Shown piece after piece: positions 1 through 9,382 of a DNA stretch of 64,000 nt. The DNA lies in the NCBI GenBank assembly GCA_951812955.1, contig OX638340.1, positions 960,001 through 1,024,000 of the forward strand. The letters run 5' to 3'. Source of the stretch: an uncultured Gemmatimonadota bacterium. Its GTDB lineage: Bacteria; JAAXHH01. Each line of letters opens with the position of its first letter. Within the stretch, counting starts at the first letter, position 1. Both the position numbers and the translations under genes were made by a program. Under the pieces are notes generated by a model that saw only the letters and a program-made list of their open reading frames with translations, ran no database searches and was not told the origin of the DNA.

Positions 1-394
1 AACCGCTCGCGCGCCATGCTTGCGGTGGCTTACCGACCGGCCTGGGCCGGTCCGATCGTGGACGTTGCGCCGCGGGACCCGGCTGACCTGGAACGGATGC
101 CCGATTCCGTCCGTCCCTTCCTGGGCGACCCGAGCATGCGATCTTACGAGTTCGGTGTTGGCAACAAACCCGAGGGGATGTCGGCCGGCGCGCCGGGGAT
201 GAACCCAAGCAGGTGGGAAAGCCCGCGTGAGGGACGCGCGCGGAAAGCGTAAGCCCCGCATGAGGGACGCGTTGAGGGACGCGCGCGGGACGAGTGAGGG
301 ATACGAACGCTAAAACGCGGTATCTTCGCGGACCAATCGGTTTTCAATCGGCCACATTATCTAAAGATCGACATGCAACCATAGGAGAAAGCAC

Positions 395-1039
395 ATGCCG
401 AAGGCCCTGTTCGTCTGGGGTGGCTGGGAAGGACACGAACCCAGGCAGTCCCAGGACATCTTCGTCCCGCTGCTCGAGGCGGAAGGATACGAAATCGCGC
501 AGCACGACTCGCTTGACGCCTACCTGGACGCCGAAGCCATGCCCACGTACGATCTCATCGTACAGACCGTGACCATGAGCACGATCACCGGCGCGCAGGA
601 GAAAGCGCTCCTGGATACGGTCGCCGCCGGCGCCGGGTTCGGGGGATGGCACGGCGGCCAGGCGGACGCCTTCCGCAACAACACGAACTACCAGTACATG
701 GTGGGAGGGCAGTGGGTGTCCCACCCCGGCGGTATCATCGACTACGAAGTCAACATCATCGATCACGAGGATCCCATCACGGCCGGGTTGAACGACTTCG
801 CCATGCGCTCGGAGCAGTATTACATGCACGTCGATCCGGGCAACCAGGTGCTTGCGACCACGACCTTCAGCGGGGAACACGACGCGTGGATCGAGGGAAC
901 CGTCATGCCCGCCGCATGGAAGAGACCGTGGGGAAAAGGCAAGGTATTCCACTGCACGCTGGGTCACGTCGCCGCCGATTTCCACGTGCCGGAAGCGCGG
1001 GAAATCGTCCGGCGCGGGCTGATCTGGTGCACCCGTTGA
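395..1039 (+). CDS. ThuA-like trehalose-utilization family protein (type-1 glutamine amidotransferase-like fold)
   Basis: 214 aa ORF with an N-terminal [14 protein letters not shown] motif, YQYMVGGQW and a C-terminal HCTLGH motif typical of ThuA-domain proteins. AGGAGA sits upstream of the ATG. Confidence 0.6.
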   Translation: MPKALFVWGGWEGHEPRQSQDIFVPLLEAEGYEIAQHDSLDAYLDAEAMPTYDLIVQTVTMSTITGAQEKALLDTVAAGAGFGGWHGGQADAFRNNTNYQYMVGGQWVSHPGGIIDYEVNIIDHEDPITAGLNDFAMRSEQYYMHVDPGNQVLATTTFSGEHDAWIEGTVMPAAWKRPWGKGKVFHCTLGHVAADFHVPEAREIVRRGLIWCTR

Positions 1040-1047
1040 TATTATTC

Positions 1048-1076
1048 TTTACTTTGTTGATTCAGATATATATATT
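1048..1076 (+). promoter_or_regulatory. Candidate sigma70-like promoter (TTTACT, 17 bp spacer, TATATT) in the AT-rich spacer upstream of the peroxiredoxin gene
   Basis: AT-rich island in an otherwise 63% GC sequence. The hexamers are read directly at 1048-1053 and 1071-1076. Confidence 0.3.
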
Positions 1077-1157
1077 ATCGGGAACAGCACGGAGGATCAG
1101 GCTACTGATCGCAAACCGCAACTATCCCTACAGCAAGCCATTTGCAGGAGGAATGTC

Positions 1158-1790
1158 ATGGCGTTACGTTTAATGGACGAAGCCCCGGATTTCACAGCCG
1201 AAACCACCGAGGGAACGATTCGTTTTCACGAATGGCTCGGTGACAACTGGGGCATTCTCTTTTCCCATCCCGCGGATTATACGCCGGTCTGTACCACGGA
1301 ACTGGGTTACATGGCCAACATCGCGCACGAGTTCGCCAAACGCAATGTCAAGGTCCTGGCCATCAGCGTGGATCCCCTCGATTCCCATCGTGGCTGGATC
1401 GGCGACATCAACGAGACGCAGAACGCGAACGTAAGCTATCCGCTGATCGCGGACCCCGACCAGGAAGTCGCCCAGCTGTATGATATGATCCACCCGAACG
1501 CGAACGACAAGATGACCGTGCGGTCGGTATTCGTCATCGGGCCGGACAAGAAGATCAAGCTGATGCTGACCTACCCCGCGTCCACCGGCCGGAACTTCGA
1601 CGAGATCCTGCGGGTTGTGGATTCCCTGCAGTTGACGGCCAATCACAAGCTGGCCACGCCGGTGAACTGGACCAGTGGGGAAGACTGCATCATCGTGCCG
1701 GCAGTGACCGACGAAGAAGCGGACCAGACCTACTCCGACATCCGTCGCGTGAAGCCCTACCTGCGTTACGTGAAGCAGCCCCAGGACTGA
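1158..1790 (+). CDS. 1-Cys peroxiredoxin (Prx6 subfamily)
   Basis: DYTPVCTTELG peroxidatic-Cys motif with no resolving Cys. Length is 210 aa and GGAGGAATGTC precedes the start. Confidence 0.85.
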   Translation: MALRLMDEAPDFTAETTEGTIRFHEWLGDNWGILFSHPADYTPVCTTELGYMANIAHEFAKRNVKVLAISVDPLDSHRGWIGDINETQNANVSYPLIADPDQEVAQLYDMIHPNANDKMTVRSVFVIGPDKKIKLMLTYPASTGRNFDEILRVVDSLQLTANHKLATPVNWTSGEDCIIVPAVTDEEADQTYSDIRRVKPYLRYVKQPQD

Positions 1791-1831
1791 TTGCGGTCGA
1801 GAAGGGCCGTTGCAATACGATAAAAGGCGCC

Positions 1832-1864
1832 TCAACCGGGGCGCCTTTTTTATTTGGTAATATA
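1832..1864 (+). terminator. Rho-independent terminator downstream of the peroxiredoxin gene
   Basis: AAAAGGCGCC-tcaaccgg-GGCGCCTTTTTTATTT: a GC stem with an A-tract on the 5' side and a T-tract on the 3' side. Confidence 0.7.
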
Positions 1865-1952
1865 TGCTTGACTGGCGCTCCGTTATCCCGTATGATATCA
1901 TAATGATATTATTTTGTTACCCATCTTACCAGTGTTTCAAGGAGGGGAAGTA

Positions 1953-2855
1953 ATGATAACGGAACGAATACCGTTGAAATTCAACGGCTGGAGAGCGTTG
2001 GCCTGGCTGATCGTCCTGTTTCCTTTGACGATGGTTGCTATGGATTTGGTCATTACGTTCAACCCACCAGTTCTGGAGCAGGAAATGAGCGTCAGAGACA
2101 TTCTTCTGCTGGTGTTTTTCTTCATACCGGCGCTCGTCGCATTGGGATTTTGCTTCAAGGGATTCTTCACGCTGGAACCGAACGAAGCCAGTGTGCTAAC
2201 GCTGTTCGGCAAGTACACCGGAACGGTAAGGGAACAGGGATTCTGGTGGGTGAATCCCCTCAACGGCAAAAAGAAGATCTCCCTTCGAGCCAGAAATTTC
2301 GACAGTGAGCGATTGAAGGTGAACGACAAAAACGGCAACCCGATCGAAATCTCGGCCGTCGTGGTCTGGCGCGTGGAAGATACCGCCCAGGCGAGTTTCG
2401 AGGTGGACGATTTTATCGAATACATCCAGGTTCAGTCCGAATCGGCAATCCGCCATCTGGCCACCAGCTACCCGTACGATCTGACCGAGGGGGAGACCGC
2501 CAGCCTGAGGTCATCCATCGAAGAAGTTTCCGAAGCGCTCGGCAACGAAATACAGGAACGGGTCGGCGCGGCCGGAGTTTCGGTCACTGAGGCACGGATC
2601 AACCACCTGGCTTATGCCCCGGAAATCGCGCAGGTGATGCTGCAGCGGCAGCAGGCCGATGCCATCATCGCCGCCCGTCAGAAGATTGTGGACGGCGCGG
2701 TGGGCATGGTGGAAATGGCCCTTGAAAGACTCAAGGAACAGCAAGTGGTCGATCTGGATGAAGAACGCAAGGCGGCCATGGTGAGCAATCTTCTCACGGT
2801 GCTCTGCAGCGAATCGTCCACGCAGCCTATCGTCAATACCGGTTCGCTGTACTGA
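1953..2855 (+). CDS. SPFH/band-7 domain membrane protein
   Basis: N-terminal TM helices are followed by an SPFH core ([14 protein letters not shown]...[11 protein letters not shown]...). A GGAGG RBS lies 7 nt upstream of the ATG at 1953. The track ORF begins upstream at 1914. Confidence 0.75.
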   Translation: MITERIPLKFNGWRALAWLIVLFPLTMVAMDLVITFNPPVLEQEMSVRDILLLVFFFIPALVALGFCFKGFFTLEPNEASVLTLFGKYTGTVREQGFWWVNPLNGKKKISLRARNFDSERLKVNDKNGNPIEISAVVVWRVEDTAQASFEVDDFIEYIQVQSESAIRHLATSYPYDLTEGETASLRSSIEEVSEALGNEIQERVGAAGVSVTEARINHLAYAPEIAQVMLQRQQADAIIAARQKIVDGAVGMVEMALERLKEQQVVDLDEERKAAMVSNLLTVLCSESSTQPIVNTGSLY

Positions 2856-2993
2856 CGGGATCGACTGTTCTTTCAACGGTGGAAGCCCGAGGGCCTCAAA
2901 CGCGCGCCGGATCCCCCATCTCATGCCCGGATGCTCGGAGGCGGCGCGCAGCGTTTGAGGAAATTGACGCGAGAATCCAGGTAACCTGTTATC

Positions 2994-3161
2994 GTGCCGG
3001 ATAAGAAGAAATCCCTGCTGTTGCGAATCAACACCGAGCTCTGGAATGACCTCAATGCCTGGGCGAAGGATGAATTGCGTAGCGTGAACGCGCAGATCGA
3101 GTATATTCTTCGGGAGGAAGTGCACAGACGGAAGAAACGACGGCGACGCGAGGAAGATTGA
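2994..3161 (+). CDS. Small ribbon-helix-helix (Arc/CopG-like) DNA-binding protein, 55 aa, GTG start; not in the ORF track (<60 aa)
   Basis: Translation is VPDKKKSLLLRINTELWNDLNAWAKDELRSVNAQIEYILREEVHRRKKRRRREED. The beta-strand (SLLLRI) followed by two helices and a basic tail is the RHH signature. Confidence 0.5.
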   Translation: MPDKKKSLLLRINTELWNDLNAWAKDELRSVNAQIEYILREEVHRRKKRRRREED

Positions 3162-3241
3162 AGAGATCGAAACGTGTGCAGGTATACTTGTACGGGTGTT
3201 AATGTACACGCGTGGCCAAGCACGGGGTAGCTGTCATGGGT

Positions 3242-3289
3242 GGCGGACCGGCGGACCGGCGGACCGGCGGACCGGCGGACCGGCGAACC
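3242..3289. repeat. Octanucleotide microsatellite (GGCGGACC)x5 plus one GGCGAACC variant
   Basis: Perfect tandem 8-mers read directly. They sit 40-90 bp upstream of the PhyH gene and 80 bp downstream of the RHH gene. Confidence 0.9.
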
Positions 3290-3329
3290 GGCAAATCAGC
3301 GGTCGCGTATTTGATCCGGAGACATTGAA

Positions 3330-4190
3330 GTGGCGGTGGAAACGAACACGGACCTGGACCGATACGAGACTACGGGATTTGTGATTCTGAAGGGATTCTA
3401 TCCCGACACGGTCGTAGCGGCGGCCCGGGACGCCGCGGCCGAGCTCGTCGAACGGTTCGCGAAACGGCTTATGTCGTCGGGCACGGTCTCCCGGGATCAT
3501 GCCGAGGCATCGTTTGAAACGCGCCTGGCCCGGCTCTGTGAGGATGCCCCGGACGAAGCGCCCCACATATTTCGTAAGGAACTCCACCTGGCGGGTATGT
3601 ACGACGTGTTTTTCTACCCGCCCCTGCTCGATATCGTGGAATCCCTGATGGGCGAGGAACTTCGTCTTTATCCCAACTATTCCATCCGTCCCAAGCTGCC
3701 CGACCACGCCCCCACGCTCGTCCTCTGGCACCAGGACGGCGGGTATACCTACAAGGTCCACCGAGACGGGGACCACAGCGCGGAGACGGTCGATGCCCTG
3801 CGCATGATCAACGTATGGTCGCCGCTGGTCCCCGCCCGCGAGGACAACGGCTGCATGCAATTCATCCCCGGCACTCACCGAATCGGCATGGCCCGGCACG
3901 AAGACCGCGAATTCTACCTCGAGATATCGCAGGAGGACCTGGCGCCCTACGTGGACCAGGCCGTGTCCATCGAACTCGATCCGGGCGACATCGTCCTCTT
4001 CCACAACATGCTCTACCACCAGGGTCTGCCCAATCGCACCGACCAGGTAAGGTGGAGCATGGACTGGCGCTATCAGGACGCAAGGCAGTCCACGCTGCGC
4101 AGTACGCGGGGCCATCTTGCCCGCAGCCGCCAGTGTCCCGATGAGGTAGTACGTGACGCCAATGACTGGACCAGCCGTGTTTTTCAGTAG
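3330..4190 (+). CDS. Phytanoyl-CoA dioxygenase (PhyH) family Fe(II)/2-oxoglutarate-dependent oxygenase
   Basis: HQDGGY...H facial-triad context and the FHNMLYHQG region. Fold and length (286 aa) are typical PhyH. Confidence 0.75.
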   Translation: MAVETNTDLDRYETTGFVILKGFYPDTVVAAARDAAAELVERFAKRLMSSGTVSRDHAEASFETRLARLCEDAPDEAPHIFRKELHLAGMYDVFFYPPLLDIVESLMGEELRLYPNYSIRPKLPDHAPTLVLWHQDGGYTYKVHRDGDHSAETVDALRMINVWSPLVPAREDNGCMQFIPGTHRIGMARHEDREFYLEISQEDLAPYVDQAVSIELDPGDIVLFHNMLYHQGLPNRTDQVRWSMDWRYQDARQSTLRSTRGHLARSRQCPDEVVRDANDWTSRVFQ

Positions 4191-4313
4191 CAATCCGGCC
4201 GCGCAGACTTCGGCCGCGCAGACTCAGGCCGCCGAGGCCCTTTCTGGCGGCATGGCCACCCAATCCGTCCTCATCACCCAACCCGGCCCCATCGTCTTAT
4301 ACCGGTATTTCCT

Positions 4314-5564
4314 TTGATCCGTTTTCCAGATATACGGCTTGTCTTCCTTCGTGAACTCCGCGGCGCCCTGCGGGAACGTTCCATCGTCATCAACGTCGTG
4401 CTGGTTCCTTTGTTCATGTATCCTATCCTCCTGTGGATGGTCTACACGGGACTGTCCTTCGTCATCGGTCAGACGGAGAACTTCACGGCCCGGGTAATGA
4501 TCGCCGGCGACACCGAAGCGGGCGGGGCGCTCGTTCAAAAAATCAAAGCGGCGGATCGCGTTACAATCACCACCGTGGATACACCGCGTGACGCGATTCG
4601 CGACGGACGGCTGGATCTCCTGGTTGAACTCGCCCCCCGGGACGGTGGCTACGCGGATGACTTCGAGGTTCGGTTTACCGGTGATTCCTCCAAGGACCGG
4701 AGCCGGATCGCCACGAGTCGGGTCGAGGATCTGGTCACCCGGCACCGAACGGCCTATTTGGAAGCAGCTGGGAGGAACCGGGGACTGTCCGGCCCGGAAT
4801 ACCAGATGATCTGGATCGAACGGGAGAACATATCCTCCGAACGGGACATGGGAAGATTCATCCTCGGCATGGCGGTTCCCGTGCTGGTCATCATCATGGT
4901 GATCGTCGGCGGTATGTATCCCGCGCTGGACGCGACGGCAGGAGAAAGGGAACGGTCCACCTGGGAGACCACGCTGACGGCGGCGACGGATCGCGTGAAC
5001 GTCCTCGCGGGCAAGTACCTGTACGTGGCCGCCCTCTCCACAACGGCCGGCTTGCTGAATTTCGCGGCCATGAGCCTTTCCATGCGGACCCTCATGGCGC
5101 CGCTCCTGGGAGACCGTCTCGAAAGCGTGGCCTTTACGATCCCGTGGGCGTCCGTACCCCTGATCGTCGTCGTAACGGTACTGCTTGCCCTGTTCGTATC
5201 GGCGCTGCTCATGATTGTGGCCAGTTTCGCCCGAACTTTCAAAGACGCCCAGTCCCTGGCAGGTCCCTTCGTCACCGTCATGATCCTGGTACCCGCGGTC
5301 TTCATGCAGTTTCCCGGCCTGGAACTCACGACGTGGCTGGCCTGCGTGCCCATCATCAATGTCTGCCTGGTGTTCCGGGAAGCCATAGGCGGAGTCTATC
5401 AATGGCCCCAGATCGGCCTGACCCTGCTTATGGAAGGCCTGTACATCTGGATCGTTTTGCGGCTCGCTTCGGCGATCACCCGCTACGAAGACATCATGAC
5501 CGGCAGTTATGAAGGCGGCCTCACCGGTTTCCTGAAACACCGCCTCCTGCGCCGTACCTCCTGA
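4314..5564 (+). CDS. ABC-2 family transporter permease (NatB-like), TTG start
   Basis: 416 aa, about 6 TM, large periplasmic loop after TM1, GERERSTWETTLTA motif shared with NatB-type permeases. Confidence 0.7.
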   Translation: MIRFPDIRLVFLRELRGALRERSIVINVVLVPLFMYPILLWMVYTGLSFVIGQTENFTARVMIAGDTEAGGALVQKIKAADRVTITTVDTPRDAIRDGRLDLLVELAPRDGGYADDFEVRFTGDSSKDRSRIATSRVEDLVTRHRTAYLEAAGRNRGLSGPEYQMIWIERENISSERDMGRFILGMAVPVLVIIMVIVGGMYPALDATAGERERSTWETTLTAATDRVNVLAGKYLYVAALSTTAGLLNFAAMSLSMRTLMAPLLGDRLESVAFTIPWASVPLIVVVTVLLALFVSALLMIVASFARTFKDAQSLAGPFVTVMILVPAVFMQFPGLELTTWLACVPIINVCLVFREAIGGVYQWPQIGLTLLMEGLYIWIVLRLASAITRYEDIMTGSYEGGLTGFLKHRLLRRTS

Positions 5565-5578
5565 GAGGAACAACAACC

Positions 5579-6325
5579 GTGGCCGAACCCGTGTTCGTGA
5601 AGGACCTGACCAAGACCTACTACGATGAATCCCGCGGTCCCGTACACGCAGTAAGGCAGATCGGCTTTGACTGCCGCCCCGGCGAGATATTCGGGCTCCT
5701 CGGGGCTAACGGCGCCGGCAAGACCACTACCCTGCGCATGCTGACCACGATCCTCAAGCCCACCGCCGGCACCGCGAAGATCATGGGATACGACGTGGCG
5801 GAGGAACCCGTGGAGGTACGCCGACGCCTGGGGTTCTATTCGGCCACGACCGCATTGTATCCAAGGCTTTCCGCCAGGGAAACCATCGAGTTTTTTGCAC
5901 GGATCAACGGGTACCCCGCCTCCGGGACCCCTGCCCGGGTCGATGAGCTGATCGAACGATTCGGAATCGGAGAATATGCCCGCACCCGCATAGACAAACT
6001 CTCCAGCGGCATGAAGCAGAAAGTGGCGATCGCACGGACCGTGGCCCACGATCCGCCGATCCTGGTCTTCGACGAACCCACCGTCGGCCTGGACGTGCTC
6101 AATGCCCTGGAAATGCAGGGCATATTGGCCGAGTTGAAAGCGCAGGGGAAGACCATCCTGTTCTCTACCCATATCATGAGCGAAGCCGAGAAACTGTGCG
6201 ACCGGATTGCCATCATCCACGAGGGCCGGATCCTGGCCTGCGGCACCCTGGAATCGCTTCGTGAACGGACCGGGGCCCATTACCTGGAAGACGTTTTCGT
6301 CTCCTGCATCACAGAGGTCTCATGA
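5579..6325 (+). CDS. ABC transporter ATP-binding protein (NatA-like), GTG start
   Basis: Walker A GANGAGKTT, signature LSSGMKQKV, Walker B ILVFDEPTVGLD. GAGAGGAA RBS. Confidence 0.9.
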   Translation: MAEPVFVKDLTKTYYDESRGPVHAVRQIGFDCRPGEIFGLLGANGAGKTTTLRMLTTILKPTAGTAKIMGYDVAEEPVEVRRRLGFYSATTALYPRLSARETIEFFARINGYPASGTPARVDELIERFGIGEYARTRIDKLSSGMKQKVAIARTVAHDPPILVFDEPTVGLDVLNALEMQGILAELKAQGKTILFSTHIMSEAEKLCDRIAIIHEGRILACGTLESLRERTGAHYLEDVFVSCITEVS

Positions 6326-8454
6326 ACCGCGCGACGATCGGACTGCTGGTAAAACACGAAATGCGCATGCTCTTGCGGGACCGGCGGACCGTGGTGCTGA
6401 GTATTCTCCTGCCGCTCGTCGTTTTGCCGCTGATACTCTTCGGCTTCAAATTCATGAGCGAATGGCGCAGTGAGCAACTGGACGCAACGACGTATCGCTA
6501 TGCCGTGACCGGCGCCTATGCCGACTCGGTACGGGCACTCATAGGAAGGGGAGCGCGTCTCGCGGAAAAGGACGCGGAGGAAGGCCGGCAACCGGCCTCA
6601 TTCGTCGAGGTGGAGGTGGCCGAACCCGATTCGAGCCTATCCGCCGGCGACCTGGATTTCTACCTGGTAACCCAGACCGGCGCGGAGGCCGATTTGCTCG
6701 ATCTGGCTGTTGCGGGAACAGACTCGGCGATGCGCGCGGACGCGGAAATCGACCGGGCGGGTGAAGATATCGCCGACGTGACCGTGGCGGACGAGCGGTA
6801 TCCGGGCGTGCCCGTGGTCACGGTCTACTTTCGCGCCAACCGGGACGAATCCAGGACGGGCAGCGGCCTGCTGGTGGATCGCCTGGTGGACGCCAGGAAA
6901 CAGGACCGTACCGATGAGCTGCGCAGGCGGGGTTTCGCGGCGGATCCGGAGGAGGCCATAGAGCTTTCGAGGGTGGACGTGGCGACGCCGGAACAGGCAG
7001 CAGGATTCTATTTCGGACGTATCCTGCCGCTTTTTCTCGTATTCCTGACCCTAACCGGCGCTTCGGTGGCGGCCATGGACAGTGTCGCGGGGGAAAAGGA
7101 ACGCGGCTCCCTGGAAACCCTCCTGACCACTTCAGTCAGCCGGTTCGAAATCATTACCGCGAAGCAGTTGACGATCCTGTCGGTCGCGCTCTTCATCACC
7201 CTGGCCCAGGCCGGAAACCTTTTCGTCTATCTTGCCCTCGGATTCATCGAATTCTCCGCGGACCTGGAAATCGACGTGTCACCCGGCGCCGTGCTGGTAT
7301 TGCTTGCCCTTTACGTCCCCGTGGCCGTCGTGGTTTCGTCCCTGCTCCTCCTGGTGTCGGCCTATGCGAAGACTTACCGGGAGACGCAGCTGTACCTCCT
7401 GCCTGTTTTCTTCGGACTCATGATCCTGACGGCGGCGGGCCTGTTGCCGGGTGTTTCCCTCCGCTCGCTGATCGCCGTCGTTCCCGTAGCGAACGTCAGC
7501 GTGGCCGTACGTGAGATCATGGTCGGCCATTACGATATCCCCATGCTCCTGGTAACCTGTGCGGCCATGCTCGCAGCAGCCTTCATGATGCTCAGGTTGT
7601 CGTCGCGCATGCTGGGCATGGAAAGGCTCATCACCGCGCAGGACACGGACGCGGCGGATCTGGAGGGAGGCGCCGCGCTGTTTCCCAGGAGGGTGCTCCT
7701 GTGGTTTGTCGGCATGTGGGCGCTGATTATCATCGCGCCGGCGAACGTCGAGGCGTTGACGCGTCTGGAGGGACAGTGGGCCTTCAATATGTTCGTCATC
7801 TTTTTCGGCGGTTCTTTGCTCATGATCCGTTTACACCGGCTCGACTGGCGGCAGGCCCTGGCGCTCCGTCCGGTGCGTCCGCAGGTCTGGCTGGCGGTAC
7901 TCCTCCTGGTGCCTTCGACCTTGTTGACCGGTATCTTCATTGTAGGACTGTCCAGCGTATTCCTGCCCTTCCCGGAAGAAATGCTGGAGAAATTCGCCAG
8001 CCAACTCATTCCCGAAGACTTCCCGATGTGGCAGATCCTGCTCATGCTGGCCCTCACGCCCGGGATCGTGGAGGAAATGGCCTTCCGGGGACTGTTGCTT
8101 CACGGGCTTCACCGCCGGCTCAGGCCGCTGGCGCTCATCCTGGTGGTCGGCCTGATTTTCGGACTGTTTCACCAGGCCCTTTTCCGGATCATCCCCACGG
8201 CCTACCTGGGTATGGTGCTGACCGCCGTGGCCGTGCTCACGGGTTCGATCCTTCCGTGCATACTACTCCACGCCGGCAACAACGCCTTCGCCTTCCTGCT
8301 CTACCGTTCTGGTACCGAAGTCGAAAATTGGCCCCCGGAACTGCTCCTGTTGAACATCCCCGTTTTTGTGTTCGCGATCTATCTGCTGTATCGATATCGA
8401 ACGCCCTATCCTGGCCTGTTGCCCTTCCGGAAAAAGGTTCCTGAAGACGCGTAG
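6322..8454 (+). CDS. ABC-2 permease fused to a C-terminal CPBP (CAAX protease/bacteriocin-processing) intramembrane metalloprotease domain
   Basis: The N-terminal ~440 aa are paralogous to the upstream permease (GEKERGSLETLLTTSV). The C-terminal ~270 aa carry CPBP motifs EEMAFRG, FGLFHQ and HAGNN. Its start overlaps the ATPase stop by 4 nt. Confidence 0.7.
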   Translation: MNRATIGLLVKHEMRMLLRDRRTVVLSILLPLVVLPLILFGFKFMSEWRSEQLDATTYRYAVTGAYADSVRALIGRGARLAEKDAEEGRQPASFVEVEVAEPDSSLSAGDLDFYLVTQTGAEADLLDLAVAGTDSAMRADAEIDRAGEDIADVTVADERYPGVPVVTVYFRANRDESRTGSGLLVDRLVDARKQDRTDELRRRGFAADPEEAIELSRVDVATPEQAAGFYFGRILPLFLVFLTLTGASVAAMDSVAGEKERGSLETLLTTSVSRFEIITAKQLTILSVALFITLAQAGNLFVYLALGFIEFSADLEIDVSPGAVLVLLALYVPVAVVVSSLLLLVSAYAKTYRETQLYLLPVFFGLMILTAAGLLPGVSLRSLIAVVPVANVSVAVREIMVGHYDIPMLLVTCAAMLAAAFMMLRLSSRMLGMERLITAQDTDAADLEGGAALFPRRVLLWFVGMWALIIIAPANVEALTRLEGQWAFNMFVIFFGGSLLMIRLHRLDWRQALALRPVRPQVWLAVLLLVPSTLLTGIFIVGLSSVFLPFPEEMLEKFASQLIPEDFPMWQILLMLALTPGIVEEMAFRGLLLHGLHRRLRPLALILVVGLIFGLFHQALFRIIPTAYLGMVLTAVAVLTGSILPCILLHAGNNAFAFLLYRSGTEVENWPPELLLLNIPVFVFAIYLLYRYRTPYPGLLPFRKKVPEDA

Positions 8455-8583
8455 GACGATCGCAAATCGCGATAGCCGATTGATATTGCCTCGCGTAGCC
8501 TGCAACCTTATATTGCGAACTGTTTTCCGGGAATCCCCGCGTAATCGCGCCTACTCTGGACTGCCGTTATATCCATTCCATAC

Positions 8584-9177
8584 ATGTCCCGTCTTTCCAA
8601 ACATCCGCTAGCACTATTCATCCGAGTCATGCTAAAAAGCCCGACGAGCGTGTGTGCCGTGGCGCCGAGTTCGCGGACGCTCGCCCGGGCGATGGCGAAA
8701 GGGCTGACGATCGGTGACGACGAGTCCGTCGTGGAGCTGGGGCCCGGTACGGGCGCTATCACGGACCAGATCCGCCACATTTTGCCCCATGACGGCGGAT
8801 ACCTGGGCATCGAAATCGAGCCGCGGTTCGTCGACCTGCTGCGGAAACGATATCCCGGTCTTCGATTTGAACAGAACACTGTAGCGAAGGCCTTCCAGCT
8901 GCACGCGAACACGGGAACCCCTCCGGTCAGGGCCGTGATCTCCGGGCTGCCGATCTCGACCATGCCGGTCCAGGTCATTGACGAAATCATCGCGAATCTC
9001 GACCGGCTTATGAAACCCGGTACTGTTTTCCGCATGTTCCAGTATATACACGCCTACTACCTTCCAGCGTCGATTCAGTTCAGACGGCGGATGGCGCCGT
9101 TCTTCTCCTGTTACCGGGTTGAATCAGTTGTCCTCAAGAACCTGCCTCCGGCCCTCGTGATTACCTGGACGCGCTAG
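8584..9177 (+). CDS. Class I SAM-dependent methyltransferase (phospholipid N-methyltransferase-like)
   Basis: VELGPGTGAIT glycine-rich SAM motif. The N-terminal AVAPSSRTLARAM resembles the PmtA/RrnaAD-like family. Confidence 0.55.
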   Translation: MSRLSKHPLALFIRVMLKSPTSVCAVAPSSRTLARAMAKGLTIGDDESVVELGPGTGAITDQIRHILPHDGGYLGIEIEPRFVDLLRKRYPGLRFEQNTVAKAFQLHANTGTPPVRAVISGLPISTMPVQVIDEIIANLDRLMKPGTVFRMFQYIHAYYLPASIQFRRRMAPFFSCYRVESVVLKNLPPALVITWTR

Positions 9178-9382
9178 CGCTCCGCGACGCGTGTCTGCCG
9201 GAATTTTAAAGTATTTCAGGTGTTCGGTTGTAATATATGAAGATTCCCGACGATCAACGGCGGGGAAACGGGGGCCCGTCGCGCCGGCCAGGCGTCTACC
9301 TGACGCCGGTCCTGACTGAATGGCAGTACGTCGAACTCCCTTCGTTCCAATTTGCCCAAGCCAGGAAAGAACATAGGTTTTC

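Noticed and set aside
16-300. 78-aa ORF at the window edge and GAGGGACGCG decamer repeats (229-300)
   Set aside because: No recognisable family and no start context. It may be the 3' end of a gene that begins before the window, with repeat-derived tail codons, so no call was made.
9240-9330. Short ORF (MKIPDDQRRGNGGPSRRPG...) in the spacer upstream of the DUF5916 gene
   Set aside because: No RBS, biased composition and no conservation signal. It is treated as noncoding leader.
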